From an uncultured Candidatus Binatia bacterium (GTDB lineage Bacteria; Desulfobacterota; Binatia; Bin18), in assembly GCA_965214605.1 (NCBI GenBank), contig OZ243961.1:1728001-1792000 (forward strand): a stretch of DNA of 64,000 nt. Direction: 5' to 3'. Positions 62,361 to 64,000 of this stretch are shown here, one piece after another. Numbering within the stretch: the stretch's first letter is position 1; each line of letters opens with the position of its first letter. The position numbers were made by a program, and so were the translations under genes. Below the pieces are notes generated by a model. The model was given only the letters and a program-made list of their open reading frames with translations. It had not been told where the DNA came from and made no database searches.

Positions 62361-62504
62361 CTGGAGAAAGGTATTGTGAATTTTGAACAATTGGCTCAAC
62401 ATGTTGCTTCTAAGAATATAACCTGCGGTCTCCTTATGTGCTTGGATGCAGTAGCGTACTGATGTGCACCATACACGATAATAGTTGAGGATTGGGGGTA
62501 TTCA

Positions 62505-63359
62505 ATGGATACAGCAACTGCTTATAGCGACTTCACCAAGCGGCTTAAGCTTCTCATTAGCAAGCACCCCGCACTCATCACGACTACCCTAAGCAATATA
62601 TTCACCATGCGCTTGATCGGAAATAAGACGCATGGGGATTTGGCAGAAATCGCTATTTCTGAGTTTATCAATCAATACATGTACGACTTTCGATCAATTC
62701 ATGTAGGGAAAGACCTGTACCGAGCGAAATCGCAAGAGGAAGATATCAAGATCACAAACGAGATAACAAATATTGAGTTTCCGGTTAGCCTGAAGGCGTA
62801 TGGTGATGGGCCGTTACAATTGTCTACAGATAAGACCTTCTCGATGTTTCCACTTCTGGAGCAAGAGAAAAATGCAGATGGTGAGATAGCTGGAAAAAAT
62901 AGAATAAGAAAACTATTAGATAATCAGGTATTTTCAGATTTCGGGGACATAAATGTATTGCCTCTAATCTATGACGAAAAATCGAAGCGCTGCAATATCC
63001 TAGTATTCGACTATAGTCTTGCTCGTGACTCTATAGTGCGAATTGTTCGTGAAGAGGCGGGCCGTGGACGGAAGCATCCAGTCTACGAGTTCTATGGCGG
63101 GAACGATGATTACATTTGTGAAGTGCGGTACGGCGATACCACCGCAAATGCCCTTCAGCGGGGTCTTTGGACGCATACCAAGAATGGGCGTCAGTTCTTC
63201 AATAGTGTAACTGGCGGTTGGATTGATTACTCACATAACCGATTGTTGGTATCTCTGTTCTCCCACGCACTCGTGTCATCCGAAAAAGGCCACACTGCGG
63301 CACTTGAGGAGATTAAGAAGAATATCTTACAAATGAAGCAGCAAGCCGGAATGGGGTAA
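62505..63359 (+). CDS. Putative type II restriction endonuclease
   Basis: AT-rich ORF; GDLAE...EEDI...VSLK PD-(D/E)XK-like spacing; 4 nt upstream of a DNA methyltransferase. Confidence 0.65.
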   Translation: MDTATAYSDFTKRLKLLISKHPALITTTLSNIFTMRLIGNKTHGDLAEIAISEFINQYMYDFRSIHVGKDLYRAKSQEEDIKITNEITNIEFPVSLKAYGDGPLQLSTDKTFSMFPLLEQEKNADGEIAGKNRIRKLLDNQVFSDFGDINVLPLIYDEKSKRCNILVFDYSLARDSIVRIVREEAGRGRKHPVYEFYGGNDDYICEVRYGDTTANALQRGLWTHTKNGRQFFNSVTGGWIDYSHNRLLVSLFSHALVSSEKGHTAALEEIKKNILQMKQQAGMG

Positions 63360-63363
63360 GAAA

Positions 63364-64000
63364 ATGTCGAACAATCTATCTTTATTTCCTGAGATGATTG
63401 TTGATGTGCCTTCAACGCAAGGAATTAAGTACGCTGGATCAAAGTTGAAGCTACTGCCATATATTCTCGACTTAGTAAGACAAACCGGAGCAAAAACGGT
63501 ACTAGACGGTTTCTCTGGTTCAACGCGGGTATCCCAAGCATTTGCGAAATCCGGATATAGGGTCATTTGTAATGACATTGCCGTTTGGTCGGAAGTTTTT
63601 GCAAAATGTTACCTTCAAAACCAGCGTCTGGAGAATGAATACGCGACCCTAATTCGATGCTTAAATGAAGTGCCACCTAAGGATGGTTGGTTCACGGAAC
63701 ACTACGGCGGCGAACGAAACGGTGGTAATGCAATTCAATCTGACGGCTTGAAGAAACCATGGCAGATTCATAATACAAGAAAGCTCGATGGTATTCGGGA
63801 AGAGATTGATAGATTATCGCTGTCCCCGATAGAGCAAGCGGTCGCACTGACTAGTCTTATCCTGGCATTGGATCGAGTAGACAATACGATAGGACATTTT
63901 GTATCTTACTTGAGTGCATGGTCTCCCCGATCATACAATGATCTGGTTCTTCAAGTGCCAAAGATGTTTCTTACGAATCAGAAGAACGAGGTAATAAGAG
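63364..64000 (+). CDS. DNA adenine methyltransferase (alpha/D12 class), truncated by window end
   Basis: IKYAGSKLKLL motif X, VLDGFSGSTRVSQ motif I, VICND; frame open to the end of the window. Confidence 0.88.
   Translation, partial: MSNNLSLFPEMIVDVPSTQGIKYAGSKLKLLPYILDLVRQTGAKTVLDGFSGSTRVSQAFAKSGYRVICNDIAVWSEVFAKCYLQNQRLENEYATLIRCLNEVPPKDGWFTEHYGGERNGGNAIQSDGLKKPWQIHNTRKLDGIREEIDRLSLSPIEQAVALTSLILALDRVDNTIGHFVSYLSAWSPRSYNDLVLQVPKMFLTNQKNEVIR

Overview
GC-rich bacterial chromosomal segment. It has about 45 intact core or catabolic genes: MFS, PQQ/cytochrome c dehydrogenase, UvrD, gor, a hydantoinase/carbamoylase operon, LLM oxidoreductase, ispG, thiolase-like/DUF35, sirtuin, hemB, mutS, mutL, three amidohydrolases and a CoA-transferase. 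Three decaying accessory patches interrupt them: (i) about 20.9-22.2 kb, a dead higBA pair plus an IS5 remnant with TIRs; (ii) about 28.1-32.6 kb, a brnTA toxin-antitoxin locus split by two IS1595-family insertions, the second carrying an intact RsrI/EcoRI-type restriction-modification system between its inverted repeats; (iii) from about 56.3 kb to the end, an eroded defence island (Gabija-like, DUF1156, OLD/TOPRIM, AlbA_2 and integrase relics) ending in an AT-rich type II RM pair. Hidden features the ORF track misses include an exported selenocysteine peroxiredoxin-like gene (in-frame UGA plus SECIS-like hairpin, 35270-35788) and a 56-aa ORF upstream of ispG. The gene repertoire suggests a Binatia/deltaproteobacterial, possibly host-associated, organism (inference only). 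No rRNA, tRNA or CRISPR array was seen. All family assignments come from recognised motifs and recalled sequences, not database searches.
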